Shown piece by piece: positions 1-13,708 of a DNA stretch of 64,000 bases. Positions within the stretch are counted from its first letter, which is position 1, and the number at the start of each line of letters is the position of its first letter. A model generated the notes under the pieces. That model made no database searches and was not told where the DNA came from. It saw only the letters and a list, made by a program, of their open reading frames with translations. A program made the translations under genes and the position numbers. The stretch is from Veleropilina oligotropha (lineage: Eukaryota). The stretch is from positions 62,001 through 126,000 of the forward strand of contig JBEUKZ010000022.1 in assembly GCA_048128005.1 (NCBI GenBank), read 5' to 3'.

Positions 1-1745
1 CGTTGTCGTAAAAATACCGAATTTCATTGGAAACAGGGCTGACTGGAGTTTGCGCAGTGGTCAATTCGTGACCATCCGGTTCATGTTGCAAGGTATGTGC
101 AGGAATCTAAATATTGTGGTCATGTTACATTGTCCCTAATCTATAGGACTCACTTCGTTCGCGCTTCGCGCGAACTGCGTTCGTTATTAGGCGCTCTAGA
201 GATATAATTTATGAGGAAATCATCAAGCCGCAAAGGGCTTTAGACTAAATGTTAATAATGACGAAATATAAAACTGTTTCTGTGACAATAACAAATTACA
301 TAAAAGAGATTGAAGCAAGATTAATAAACAAATTGTTTGACAACATGCAAACTGTGTTGAAAAAAGTACTAGTATTAACAATCTTAAGCGTATACTAGTA
401 TTTTAGACATAGAAACATAATTATATAACGTGCATAACTATCGGGTATAAATATAATACTAGTAATTGCAATGGGAAACTTTTGAATGCATTAAATGTCC
501 GAATAAATATAATATTATTAGTGAATATCAATTGTTTTCAACCTAAGAAATCAACAGTCGACTGTTCGCTCTCCTGGTGTGTATGAGATGTGGTTAAATC
601 AGGATCAACATATTCTAACATTTAATGATTTACAATAAATAATTGGTGGTCAATATTTTCGACATTGTACAAATTTAATTTCTTAATCATCAAAATTAGA
701 AGGACTAGTATAGAAAAATAAAGAGTAGTTGAATATATAATTTTAATCAGATTATTTACATGTTGAAACAGATATACAAAGTAAACAAAGTGGCGATTAG
801 GCAACAGGGCAAAGCCTATATTAGCCTTTCGCCATAATTACACAGAATAGTTGAGAACATCAATAGAGACATATGAAAAGAAATTGTTTTATAATTACCA
901 CCTTATTCTAAAAGTACAGGAGATGTAGACACTAGAATTGGGCACCATGGGTGCGGCCAGGTCACTATGTTGATCTGTCTAACAGAATCGCCTTGTTGAT
1001 TTTATATATTGTTGCACTTATATGAATATTTTGTTGTTGCAATCAGTTGTATAATGAGTATACATTATAATTTGTTCATAAAATAATCAGATACTATAAT
1101 ATAGATATACATCAGAGAGTCTGTAACATTTGCACTATTTCCGTTATAAAAAACGAATACCATTTTCAACTTGTTTGTCTGATATATGACCATACAAACC
1201 TGTCCAAACATACATAAAGTTAATTTAATAATGACAACTAATTTGTATGAAGTTGAGAGATATTTAGTTTAATTATGGTATGAAATGTACACTGTTCCTT
1301 ACACAGTAATAACTATTGATTTAAGACATGGTCGTGTGTTCGTTGTTATAATTCCCTTTTCACAATATGTAAAATATGCAGTCATGATCTGATGTGAACA
1401 GGTTTGTTTAACGATAATGATAATAAATAATTGATTTATTGACTAATTACTTAGTGAACAGATTTCATGATGAACAGATTTTCATGATCTTTTGATATAT
1501 CCGACCGGATATACTGTTATCGATGACTAGATTTAAAGATTATATTTAGACCCGTTGAATCCAACTGAAATGTATTGGTGTAATTAGACTTTTGTTGGTT
1601 ATAATTTATGCGATCACAACACAAAGTATGCCTTTGTTTATTGAACAGAGTTAATGGCTTAATTAGATCATGTGATCTTTGTGACTACATCTCATTTAGT
1701 AATGATATTGTATAAAAAGCGTAATATTGTAGTTATGCATCACTG

Positions 1746-1842
1746 CTCAGAAGATTCAAAACGATCAAGATGGATCTCAGAAGACCACACTCAAGACGAT
1801 CAAGATGGATCTCAGAAGACTCAAAACGATCAAGATGGATTT
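1746..1842 (+). repeat. Short tandem repeat, about 3 degenerate copies of CTCAGAAGA..TCAAAACGATCAAGATGGAT
   Basis: Direct reading of the sequence. Confidence 0.7.
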
Positions 1843-2012
1843 CCAAGCCTTGAGAAAACATATGCAAGGTATATTAGAGAAACTGTAGAATGCTAAGACA
1901 TCCCTTGTAAAAAGTATAACGATATTAAACACCACCTAAATAACCCGCCAGAAAAGGTGGACGCCCACTTCAACTGAGGACACCCCCACACGTGAATGAG
2001 TATGAAATAGGG

Positions 2013-2162
2013 ATTAACTGTTTAGGCCTATGCCGTGATATCGAAGATGGGACGAAAATGGCCGAAGGCGAGAAGTGCCTTGGGTGGTTTCACTATCAGT
2101 GCGCTGAAATGATGGAGAAAGCAGAAATGAAAGATTGGACTTGCACAGTGTGTAGAGGGTAG
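2013..2162 (+). pseudogene. PHD-finger coding remnant
   Basis: Translates as INCLGLCRDIEDGTKMAEGEKCLGWFHYQCAEMMEKAEMKDWTCTVCRG*, a C4HC3 PHD pattern with the third Cys read as Gly (GGC). In-frame stop upstream at 1941 and no ATG before the domain. Confidence 0.6.
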
Positions 2163-2364
2163 AAAATGAATTTGGTTTCTTGTAAACAGGAATTGTTAAT
2201 ACGGTGCATTTCGGTCACTATGATCAATGTTATTTGTATGTTATTGCACAAAATTATATTTATGTTTTAATTTTGTTCCCTTTAGCTTGTGAAGCAAAAG
2301 TTTAATAAATTTAATTTAAAAAAAACTGTCTTTGAATTATTATAATAATTATGTATTGTAAATA

Positions 2365-3906
2365 TACTGAGTCAAAAAAGAAACTTCACATTCTTTCTTC
2401 TGGGCACTAAAAAAGAACAAGATATGGTAAAATGGTTAAATTGTTATTATTTCATTGCTGAGATGTGTGTGATGTACTCGATACACTGACAGTGCCACAA
2501 TCAGTTCCATTAGGCTGCACCGCCATTCCAAAACATGTGTATACAGAATGTCAAGTCACAAGAATAGAAATTCGAAATTTCTCAGTTCAATATCGTGTAT
2601 GGCCGCCTCGCGCATTCACCACTGCCAAACACCATCTCCTCATCGACCGCCTGATGTTTGTGAACACGTGGTTGGGGATTCTGCGCCATTGCTCTTGCAA
2701 GGCAGCGCCAAGTTCCTGCAAATCTGTGGTTGGTGTCTAAGACCACGAAGCCTTCTCCCAAGTGCATCCCAAACGTGCTCGATTGGATTAAGGTCAGGGG
2801 ACCTTGATGGCCAGTCCATGACGTTGATTCCAGCGTTTTGAAGGAAATTTCGTGTCAACATCGCTGTATGCGGCAGCGCATTATCATGCTGGAAATGTAG
2901 ACCTGGGCCATGAGCCGCCATGAAAGGAACGAGTTCAGGGGTGAGCACCTGGTCGCGATAAGCAGCAGCTGTGATGTTTCCACGAATGACCAGAAGTCGA
3001 GAACGGTTGTTCCCACAAAAAGCACCCCACACCATGCAACTTACGCCTCCGAATATGTCCACTTCCTGCACACAACACTGGGCATACCGTTCACGACGTC
3101 GTCTCCAGACTCTATGCCTGCCGTCCGCGAATCTGAGGGTAAACCTTGATTCATCGCTAAAGACGACTCGATTCCAGTCTCTTTGGGTCCATCGGAGGTG
3201 ACGTTGGGCCCACAGCAGACGTTGACGTCGATGAAATGGCGTAAATATTGGCCCACGATATGGACGTCGAGGATGGAGATTGGCAGCCCGCAACCGATTT
3301 CGAATGGTCTGTGAGGACAGTCGACCTCTAAACATCTCAGCCCTGGTTCGTGCAGCCGGCAGAAATCTGTCACGTAGGTGACGTAGGACGATGTAACGGT
3401 CTTCTGCTCGTGACGTTACACGTGGACGACCCGACCTTGGGCGATCAGAAGTGGTGCCAGTTTCTTGTAGACGAATTCGCAATTCATACACAGTACGACG
3501 GCTGCATCCCATTGCTATTGCGACGTCAATAACTGATCTTCCCGCGTGTAACATGCCAACGGCACGTTCACGTTGCACATTTGACAATCGTGGCATTTAA
3601 AGTACCGTTAGAACCCTGGTTTAAAAGTGTTTTTTCAATTCCTGAGGCCAATACAAACAAGTGCAAATCAAATCAACATCGATGTGAAGATTACGTGACC
3701 GACTGCACGTGCAAAACCTGATTTGGCACTAACGTCATTTGCACGAGGAATGGATGAGTTTGCGGGGGGGGGGGGGGGGTTTGCTAACGTTTTTCTAGCG
3801 TCGAAAGATAGGGATCCCATTTCGGATACATAGATGTATCATCAGCGAAAAATTATTCATTACTTTTTCAAATTACATTTTGTGAAGTTTCTTTTTTGAC
3901 TCAGTA
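2365..3906 (-). mobile_element. Tc1/mariner (DD34E) DNA transposon
   Basis: Perfect 26-bp TIRs TACTGAGTCAAAAAAGAAACTTCACA (2365-2390 and 3881-3906) flanked by TA (2363-64, 3907-08); transposase inside. Confidence 0.95.
2587..3596 (-). pseudogene. Tc1 transposase with one frameshift near the C-terminus
   Basis: HTH region with GRPR, VVFSDES, FQHDNA and SPDLNPIEHVW (34 residues between D and E). The canonical end ...VVNARGGHTRY* lies in another frame after about 2725. Confidence 0.92.
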
Positions 3907-5330
3907 TATTATTGGCAGCGTGTTTTGAGATTACCTCTTGTTTATTTGGTTGAAAAATATTTTAGTGTTTCTTGACAGCAGTATAGCCAAATTCGTAGGT
4001 GACCGAGTTAGATGAAGTTTGCTGCAAATGAACCAGATCTGATTATTATCATTGGTCCGGAAAAGATAGTAATAGTATATTCAAATTGAAAAGAAAACTT
4101 GTTTGACAACAGCCACATTATTAAGAATTTACACGATTGAATGCTCTGTCTAACATGAACCCTCGATGGGACATTCTTTGTTCAGTTAACAGTTAAAGTT
4201 GTCCATAACGTGTCGGGATATACTCGTGTTAACATGAAATTGTTCTGGCATGGACGGGTATACATGAAGGGTGTTAAAACAGGATTTTAAGCATCGATTC
4301 TAACCAAACGAACGTTACATGATATCTTTGTTTTTCAATTAAGTCTTCAAAATTGTATACTAGTATATGTCATAATTATGTCTACACTGCGGTCAAGTGA
4401 CGAAAAAACGACAAATTGAGCTTTTACGTATTAAAATATCGTAATAGAATGCTGTGAGAAATTACGATCTTTTTACTTATTTTGTTTCAATCTTCAGTTG
4501 AAAAGTTAGAAGATGGGAGCGATGACGAGCATTTGAGATTTTCATCTTTAAAAATGCACATGAAAGTAAAACGTTACAAATGTTGTTGTGCTTTCGATAT
4601 TTCCATCTGTCAATTATAGAGAAGGAAATCTGAATTGTCAAGGGTCACAGGAGGGTCTAAATCCCCCTCTTGCCAACAAATTATGGACAGCCATGACTGC
4701 TAACTGAACAAATAATGTCTCATCGAAGATTCGAATCCACTCCTGTCAGACAGAGCAGTCAGGAGAGTAAATTCGGCATTCTCTGATTGCTGTCAAACAA
4801 ATTGCCTCCGTATTTATATAGCTTAGAAATAAAATATTATTCATTGAATTTTTAGAATATTTCTCCATTCAGTATTTTCTGTGTTGCAAAACATATTTGA
4901 AAAAGTAAAAATGTAAGCGATGACGAACTTATTAATAAAGATGGAAAGCTGAAATGTCAAGTGTCACATGGACCTCGAGCCTTGTATATCAGAGCGTGAA
5001 ATAAAAAAATCCTAAGATGTCTCAAATCGATAAAAGGCGCACGAGGTGGCTTGCACGATCTCGAGAATGCCGCGCGATTACACGATCACGAAAAGGCGCA
5101 GACCTATCTTAAGATAACGCATGTCGGATAAACGGGCGGAACATATATACCACGAGGTTTAATTGTCTAATCGGAAAAACATGCAATGAAACCGCGAGGC
5201 GTCGTGTTGTTTAACTGCACGAGCTTTACCAATTAGATAACATGAACCGAGTGATATAGCTGCCTTAAACATTGCAAAATTGTACAATAACATACCTAAT
5301 ACACTCGTTTTTCATGCAAAAAAGTAATAT

Positions 5331-5370
5331 CCCGTGGTCTAACTGACAATATTGGCAGTTAGACCACGGG
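5331..5370. repeat. Near-perfect 40-bp palindrome, probably part of a non-autonomous element
   Basis: CCCGTGGTCTAACTGACAAT|ATTGGCAGTTAGACCACGGG, one mismatch. Confidence 0.8.
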
Positions 5371-5714
5371 CCAAGACAACAGCATGTCGTCACAAAAATG
5401 GTATAACTAATATTGCATTGCTTCCAATACAATAGGTCGAGCGATGCAATTTTATATTATTGCAATGCGACAAACGAAAAAGTTCCATCCGCATTTGAAA
5501 TTGCGACATTATGTCTTGGAACCAAACGATAAAAGTGATCACACGATTAATTAATTTGTTTTATGCTTGTTATTATAAATTCACAATAATTTACATCCGA
5601 GCTTATCATACTGTTTCCCCTGTATTCCATCTCAAGTTCATCCACAATCAATACAGTAGTAACCGTATGACGGGCCGACTGTCAACTGGGCAGCCACTCA
5701 AATCGGTTGAATTG

Positions 5715-5900
5715 GATCGATGCTTAATGTCCTGTATAGTTGCCCACAAGTTCAAGGTGGGAGAAAAGCCCAGTCGTTCTGGGAAATCTGCCTTCTCCGG
5801 CAGTTACGGACAACTGCGATTGATAATTGAAGAAAGAATGTCAATGCCCCAACCGAGATTCGAACACACTCTAGATAATTTGCACAGAGTCAGAACTCGA
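5715..5900 (-). mobile_element. Degenerate tRNA-derived SINE, family shared with 8575-8680/13198-13280 and 49985-50215
   Basis: B-box-like GTTCGAATC on the minus strand; body ATGTCCTGTATA...GTTCAAGG...GACAACTGCGATTGATAA shared with the other copies. Confidence 0.6.
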
Positions 5901-6129
5901 GACAAACGGAGAGTCCTGGAACTGAGCTCAAATATAATTATACAACCCGCGCAACAGCTTCATAAACGATTTGTGAACAGTGAATATGATCCGGCCTATG
6001 ATAATGGTATGATGTATTCATGTCTTATTTATAATACGCCATGATTTAAAGATGCATTGCCCGTAAGTGGCGAAAAACGCTTTTAATTTTAAACCTTAGA
6101 CCGCAAACGTATTTTTGCCATTTGGCTAA

Positions 6130-7670
6130 AGTTATTTTTACGTTTTTGCTTAGAGTGACATATCATGGACAGTATATAAAAAAATCTAAGATTGAACTAT
6201 ATTCTAAAATTATTTTATTCCGATGTTTGTGAACACACCTACCAGAAATTACGGCTATTAAATGTTCTTGGTGGCACTTTTGTAAGTCAAGGAAAACTGG
6301 TATATTATATTATATGGGATTAGAAATGGTATCATTAGAAAGGTATTACAATTCCCGACCTAAAAAGTAGTTTTAAGTCTATGTTATTGTTTGTAATAGA
6401 GGTAGATATACGAGAAACAATATTTTAAATGAATGACAAATCATTTACTTTTTAAAATGTATCTATTTAATATTACTTTTTACATTTTTGCTTAGGGAGA
6501 CATGCGATGGACATCATTTAAAAAATGAAAGACTGAACTATGTACGGAAATTACTTTTTCCATGTATTTGTGAACACATGTACCGGAAATTATGGCTATT
6601 ATATTTTCTGGGCGGCACTTTGTAAGTCAAAGAAAGCTAGTATACGATATTACATTGGATTATAAATGATATCATTAGGAAGGTATTACAATGCCCGATC
6701 TAAAAAGTACTTTTAGGTTACGTTATTGTTTGCAATAGCAGTAGATATATGAGAAACATTATGCTCACTCCCCTAAAAAATGAAGGAAATCCGAAATAAA
6801 TGGCTCTTCAAATATCTCATTAAAGATGCTGATTCCGCTTCGTTACTTAATTTACATTCGGAAGAAAACTACAAATGGGATGATGTGTGTATTTATCCCT
6901 TACTCATTTAATGAAATCGCAAGTTAAAATGCAGCATAAAGTATTACAATTATTAGATAATAGTTTCAGTCACAGCATAACTTTAGCGTGAATGGCTGCA
7001 TTCGAAGCCATTGTATATAACGGGAAGTTCCACCCCAATGTAAATTCGCATCGAGAATATTTGCATCAAAATCTCTGAGGTCGATTATTACAATATTACA
7101 ATGTTACAATATCATAATAATATTAATATATGTATAGAATGATTTTAAAATACAGGATATGCCAATACCTTAAACTTTATGTTCATATAATGTATCGTTT
7201 TCGTTAAAAAATATATTTTTATCGATATGGCCGAAACTTCAAGAAACCGACGTGAATGGTCGCCGTGAATAAAAGGCGTCCATCTTTTATTAGTTTAAAC
7301 ATTTATTACTATATCTAATATTTTATTTATGGATGTGATAATCTCCAAATCAGCATAACTTTATGCAAATAATACATACAAAAAGAGTTGGATTAATTGG
7401 CGATAAATTTCACTTTACGGGACTGAAGTGGAATCAGCATCTTTAATAAAAGCAATTATATTTTACGTTTTTGCTTAGAGATAAAGATGATGGACATCAT
7501 ATACAAAATTAAAGATAGAACTGTTTACGGAAATAATTTGTTTCCATGTATTTGTAAACACACTACCCGGGAATTGCGCAATTTTTATTTTCAGCCTGAA
7601 CTTTTGAAACCCAAAAGAAAACTAGTATATAAGATTATATTGGGTTGCTAATGGTATAATTTGTGAATGC
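6130..7670 (+). repeat. Three degenerate copies of a ~340-bp repeat (starting about 6130, 6472 and 7456), interrupted by a MITE
   Basis: Recurrent TTTTTGCTTAG...ATGGAC...GAACT...TTTGT(G/A)AACAC segments. Confidence 0.75.
6824..7442. mobile_element. Non-autonomous TTAA-targeting DNA transposon (Kolobok-like MITE)
   Basis: 18-bp TIR AGATGCTGATTCC(G/A)CTTC at both ends; TTAA at 6820-23 and 7443-46; AG...CT termini; no ORF. Confidence 0.75.
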
Positions 7671-8943
7671 ATAACAAACAATAGATCTCCTTTAAAAGGG
7701 GAATGAGAAGAAAAATGACGGATCGTTTAATTTTTCAACAGTTTTTATAAATAAGCAGCAATATTTATTGCAGGGAAACGTAACTTATACAGTCCATATG
7801 AAATAGATGTACCATGCAATAAAATGATAAGACTACATAATTTAGCAACGTTCGACACGCCATACTTTATGTAAATTAATTATGCCTTTTACAGGATTAT
7901 GGATTCATTTGACCTTGATTTAAAATACTGAAGTTTGTCTCTGTGTATGTTTCTTGCCTTTATACAATATAGATCAACAAATGGTAATCAGACAGTTATG
8001 TCATCTTGAATATTGACTGTTGCAAATTAAACGAATATAAAATAGAGTGTGCGGTGCTCTATCCACTCACCCGCCGAAGCAGATACCAAACTAGTAGGAA
8101 TAATGTGCAAATACTTTCAAATATAAAGTAAATAGGATACGCCTAATATAATTTGTTTAACTAATAAACTTCATCGCCTTGAGTATAGATCTGCTGTCGT
8201 CGACAACTGCAATTTCAAGGAAAAGGACAGAATCAAGTAACCTAAAAACTGACAAACCACGATTTAGCTCTATATTAGCTCAATACCTCAAAACAAGACG
8301 TGATATCTGTTATAGCCTATATAAATAATAGAAAATAGGTAATAAACAATGTCCTCCGCACTTTCATAATTAATTTTCTACCACCTAATATTGTCCAACT
8401 GTCCTAATACTCCGCTATATAAATAGTGACAATCTGCGTCCTAAAATCAGAAACAGAATCATATACATAATAGAACTTTCTTACCTAAATCTCTTGCATG
8501 GCGATTGGAACTCATTGCCAGTACAACATATTTGAGAAACCATTTATACTTACATTTAAAAGCAAAAGGAAAGGAGAGGATCGCTGTTTAATGTCCTGTA
8601 TATTTCCAACCATCATTCGGTTCAAAGCAGCTAGGACATGTCCATATTATCTTGGAAGGAAAGCCTGGTCGCCCGGGGAAGTGATACGAAAAATAAATTT
8701 CTGTGCGAATCAAGAAGGAAATCAGTTAAGTATTAGATTAAAAAGGTGTTTTTATTATATGAAAATCGGATACATCATATCATCACATATTAGCAGTGGC
8801 ACTGAGAAAATTTAGGGACGTTTGATAAAGTATTATTTGTGAAATTGTTATTTTTTCTGTTTGACAAAGGGCTCACTGGAAAGTCGCCATATTGTAATAT
8901 TGTCGCCATATTGTAAACAATTTCTCTATAGGAAGTTCATTTT

Positions 8944-9937
8944 TTGGGGTTTAATTCACGGTTATTTAGAATGGGTAGTCGAAATATTGTATACATGTAT
9001 GGTGATATGTTGTGCAAATGGATCTGTTGTGATAAATGTGAGATGTCGGCAGTTTTTGCGACTGAGTGTGCGAAAGTGGAGTTTGATTATGCATGCATGG
9101 ATGGGTTTGTTTTCGTATGTGACAAATGCAATACTCTTGACGTTGACGTTGAACTACTGGAGGAAATCTTAAACAAGGAAAACTGCGAAGTGGAAATCCA
9201 GACGGACGACATCTCCAAGACAGAAACAGAAGCCGATACAACAACAACAAAGACGACGACGGCGACGCTAACAGGTAATAGATATGCATGTCTGTCTGAT
9301 GAAATGATTGATCTTCGGAAGAGTGATACAAATGTAATAGAAGACAAGAATGAATGTGATACAAATGACACGAAAGAGGCTGGTATGAATGAAGCAGGAG
9401 TTGAGTGGGAGGTTTTAGACGAATATATAGCGTCGGATAATATTGTTTTGATAGGTTCATCTATAGTTAGAAACGCTGATAAAACTTTTTGTGATGTTTA
9501 CAGGAAAAGAAGAACGAGAGTGTGTTTACCGGGAGCCAAGATAGAAGATATCACGTCGAGGGCGGACAGTCTGACTGCGGGGGAAGGCACTGTTGTAGTT
9601 ATCATAGGGACTAACAACATCGACAAGGACAGTCCCGAGGAAATGAAGAAGAAGTACCAGGAATTGCTTCCGAAGTTGTGCGACAATGGTAAGAGAAAGG
9701 TGTTGGTGGGCTGTTGCCAAGGAGAGCGCCCAGGCGATTGCTGGAGAAGATGAGATAGTTAAATGCCTGGTTGCGTGAGTATTGTTGTTCGGAGGGGTTT
9801 GGGTTCTTCGATTTGTGGGACAAGATTGAGGGAAGGAGGGAGTGGTATTTCAGAGATGGGCTGCACCCTTCACTGGAGGGTGGAGAAGTGTTGGCCAGAG
9901 GAGTAAATAGGGCGATAGAGAAACATTTACACTGTTA
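8944..9937 (+). pseudogene. CR1 ORF1: N-terminal Cys motifs plus SGNH esterase domain, frameshifted
   Basis: CDKC...CDKC; VLIGSSIVR, VCLPGAKI, IGTNN; RDGLHP in another frame near 9855. Confidence 0.8.
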
Positions 9938-10085
9938 AAGGGGGAGGTTGGATCACCAAATCAGAGAACGGAACAACCAGTAAACAGCGGTCTAAATAAA
10001 TACAAAGAGGCAAAAAAACCCACTAAATTCACTGGAAAGCAGATAGGCCCTTCAAAACCTAAAGGAAATAAAAAAGACCCAAAAC

Positions 10086-13000
10086 GTGCTAAAAGTTATC
10101 TTTACAAATGCACAAAGTGCGATGAATAAACAAGGGGAACTAGAAACACTAATCGATGTACACAACCCAGATGTGTTAGGAGTTACATAATCATGGACAA
10201 ATAGTAACATAAATGATACTGAATTAAATGTAGTGGGTTACAAATTATACAGAGAGGATAGAACAGATACGTTAAATGGCAGAGGTGGAGGGGTATTACT
10301 ATACATCAAAGATCAACTAAATTCTGTTTCTCGTGAAGATTTTAAAATAAACTCTTTTCAAAATACAGTTGTGAATTGTAGGTATTGTTTACCGTTCACC
10401 AAATAGCACGGAAGAGAATAGTGCTAACCTAAACAGTACATTGGGAAATGTGAATAACTCTACTAAGTTCACTGTATTAATTATGGGAGACTTTAATTAT
10501 CCAGATATAAATTGGAAAAATTTACATTGTGGGAAAGCAGGAACAGATTTTTTAACCACAATGCAAAATGAATTCATGCACCAACATGTGGATTTCCCAA
10601 CTAGAGGCAATAATGTATTAGATTTAGTGTTTTAAACTGAGATAAATATGGTGCAAAACATTAACAGAATTGGGAAACTTGGATGTAGTGATCATGATTT
10701 AATTGAATTCAAGTTACACACAAAAAAAATTGTGAAAACTAGCAAACAAGAAATACCAGATTTTCGAAAAGCAGATTTTGACAAAATTAAAGCAGATCTC
10801 CGAAATATAAACTGGGAGGGAACTGAAAACTTAAATGCCAAAGAATGTTGGGAAGGTTTTCGAAATAACATCGAATAAATAATGAAAAGAAATGTTCCAT
10901 TAAAGTGTAGACGCAAAAAACATTCACCACCATGGTTAACCAGGAATGTCAGAAAAATTATAAGACGGAAATATAAACGTTGGAAACGATACAGAGAGTC
11001 ACACGACACAGGTGAGCACCAAAAATATAAAGAAAGTAAGAAAGAAAGTAAAAAAGAAATCCGAGCAGCCAAAAAATCTTTTGAAGAAAAGTTAGCAGAA
11101 AACATCAAGGAAAACCCCAAATCTTTTTATGCTTATTTTAGGTCAAAAAAAAAAAAAAAAAAAGATGTCATAGGTCCCCTGAACGATGAACATGGAAATA
11201 TAATATCCGATGATGCACAAGTCTCAGAATCCCTAAACCAATATTTTGCATCTGTTTATACAATTGAGGACACGATAAACATTCCACCGGTAAAACTTAT
11301 TTATGAAGATCATGAAACTTTTTGTGAAACTATTGAAATTACTACGGAAATGGTTGAAAAAAAGATAAGCTTACTAAATGTTAGTAAAGCTCCAGGTCCT
11401 GACAGCATATATCCCAAATTGCAAAAATTCGGTAAAGATGAATTAGCAAATCCATTAGCCCTGATATTCAATAAAACTCTACAAGAAGGCAGCTTGCCTG
11501 ATGACTGGAAGACTGGAATATTACCCCAATCTTTAAAAAAGGTAGTCGATCAAATACCCAATATTATCGACCTGTTAGTCTGACATCAATAGTAGGCAAA
11601 ATAATGGAATCTATCTTAAAGGATGCTATCTTAAAACACATATATAAATTTGTCCTTCTAAACCCAAGTCAGCATGGGTTTATGGAAAAAAGATCTTGTT
11701 TAACAAACTTACTGCAATTTTTTGCAATTGACACTGGCAAACCAGTTAATAATATTAATAATAATGTATACTTATATTGCGCCTTTTCATGCACGTATGT
11801 CTGCTCAAAGCGCTACATTATTATTCCCTGGTTAACGGCCTGTTCGTTCGAGATTCCATCTCAACTCTCTCTGAAAGTATTACAGCCGAGCTGCCATTTA
11901 TAGGCGCATAAACTAGTCGTACTGACAATTTCCCTCACTGCCAACCAGGTATCCACTCAGATCTCAGATCGGCTGGGTGAACCGAGGCAATGTATGCTTT
12001 AATTCCTTGCCCAAGGGAAGTCGCCGGGATCGGGGTTGAACCCCAAACCTCTCGAGTGAGAGGCCAGTGCATCCACCACTGTACCCCGGCTGTACAGTTG
12101 ATATCATATATCTTGATTTTCAGAAAGCATTCGACAAAGTACCACATAAACGACTATTACAAAAATTAAGTAACCATGGCATTAAAGCAAAATACTAAAT
12201 TGGATATGTAAGTGGCTAGAAAATAGAAAACAGAGGGTTGTATTAAATGGGATAAAGTCAGAATGGAAACCAGTGCGAAGTGGAGTCCCACAAGGTTCTG
12301 TTTTGGGACCATTGTTGTTTCTCATATATTTAAATGACATTGATGACGTCATTACATCTCTAGTAAAAAAGTTTTCAGACGATACCAAGCTGTACAGAAT
12401 TATCGAAACAGAAGAAGATGCAAAGAAACTTCAAGGTGATTTAAATAATGTGGTAAAATGATCTGAGGACTGGCAAATGCTTTTCAACACCAGTAAATGT
12501 AAAGTAATGCATGTGGGTTATAATAACAATAAGCTTTACAAGAAGTGGCCAAAGAAAATATTTGGGTGTATGGGTAGACAAGACATTCAAACCATCAAAT
12601 CAATGTGCAGAGTCAGCCAAAAAAGGAATGATAAAGAGAAATTTTAATTTTAAATTTAAAGCCATCATAACTCGCCTATACAAGCAAATGGTTAGACCGC
12701 ATTTAGAATATGCAGTGCAAGCATGGTGTCCACCATATCTTGCAAAGGATATCAATATACTAGAACAAGTTCAAAGAAGAGCCACAAAATTGATAGAATT
12801 GAGAGAATTACCATATGAGGAGAGACGAAGAGCTCTGAACCTCACAACATTATCTTTGAGAAGGATAAGAGGTGATATGATTCAGGTGTTTAAAATGTTT
12901 ACAGGAAAATAAAACGTTGAAAATAGTTTCTTTTTTCAGATGTACCAAAGGCATACCCGGGGGCATCAATACAAAATTTATAAAAAACGATTCCGACTAG

Positions 13001-13113
13001 ACGTTAGAAAACACTTTTTCTCAAATCGGGTTGTCGATGAATGGAATGCTCTTCCTAATAATGTAGTGGAAAATCGCCTAGATGAGCATTTTACGAAGCA
13101 GGGCAGGTTATAG
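10086..13113 (+). pseudogene. CR1 ORF2: APE endonuclease plus reverse transcriptase, multiple stops and frameshifts
   Basis: FTNAQS, GGGVLLYI, IMGDFNYP, PTRGNNVLDLV, SDHDLI, KAPGPDSI, QHGFM, LDFQKAFDKVPH, GVPQGSVLGPLLF, FSDDTKL, VRPHLEYAVQAW. Confidence 0.92.
11748..12094 (-). mobile_element. tRNA-derived SINE inserted in the CR1 RT domain
   Basis: CAGTT duplication (11743-47 and 12095-99); A/B-box-like GGTACAGTGG and GGTTCAACCC; CCTTGGGCAAG core; (ATT)n tail; splits RT between IDTGKPV and DIIYLDF. Confidence 0.85.
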
Positions 13114-13635
13114 AGGACAAGCCAACTCAATGGGTTTTTATATGAGTGGCAGTAATGCGCTTTCTAAACCCAACCAAATTCTATTTAATTCTATTTAATC
13201 TCCGAACAGATACGGACAACTGTGGTTCATAATTTAAACAAATGTGGGATGTCCTTGCCGAGGTTTCAACACACTACTGTTCGCATAAACCCTTTTCGTT
13301 GTCGAATAATATTGTGTACTAAAATTATGATGTTTTAGCAGTGAATGCTGATTATTTTCTTGTGATTACACATACTGCATGGAGTTACTTTTTGTGATCC
13401 CCACCCCTGTGTTTCAACCCACCCTTAACGTGTATCGAGACGCACTCACAAGGTGTTGATTCATAAATGCCAGAGAAATACAGGGGAAGATCCAGGCTTG
13501 AAGCCAGTTTTTATTTGATATGTATCAGTTTAGTTTTATGATTATATTTTGCAGTTTTCCAGTGGTGTCTTTATTCTGATAACCTCAATGGGTACAATTG
13601 GGAGGGGCTTAAACGAGATGCATATTGAATCTAAG

Positions 13636-13708
13636 CGCACCACCAGACGTGCACACACCTCCAGACGTGCACACACCTCCAGACGTGCACACACCGGGCG
13701 TGCACACA
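13636..13708 (+). repeat. 18-bp minisatellite (GCACACACCTCCAGACGT), about 4 copies
   Basis: Direct reading. Confidence 0.85.

Larger units (their letters stand above)
8681..13197 (+). mobile_element. Near full-length CR1-clade LINE, decayed, inserted into a SINE
   Basis: ORF1 esterase, ORF2 APE plus RT, 3' tail (ATTCTATTTA)2. Flanks 8575-8680 and 13198-13280 rejoin into the SINE family seen at 5715-5870. Confidence 0.88.

Noticed and set aside
5511..6044. 177-aa ORF as a host gene (also 8498-8815 and 51084-51398)
   Set aside because: No recognisable domain; the first two run through SINE remnants and the third lies in AT-rich non-coding DNA.
11990..12094. tRNA gene (also near 4730, 5860 and 50140)
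   Set aside because: A/B-box-like heads are attached to SINE bodies and no convincing cloverleaf is visible.
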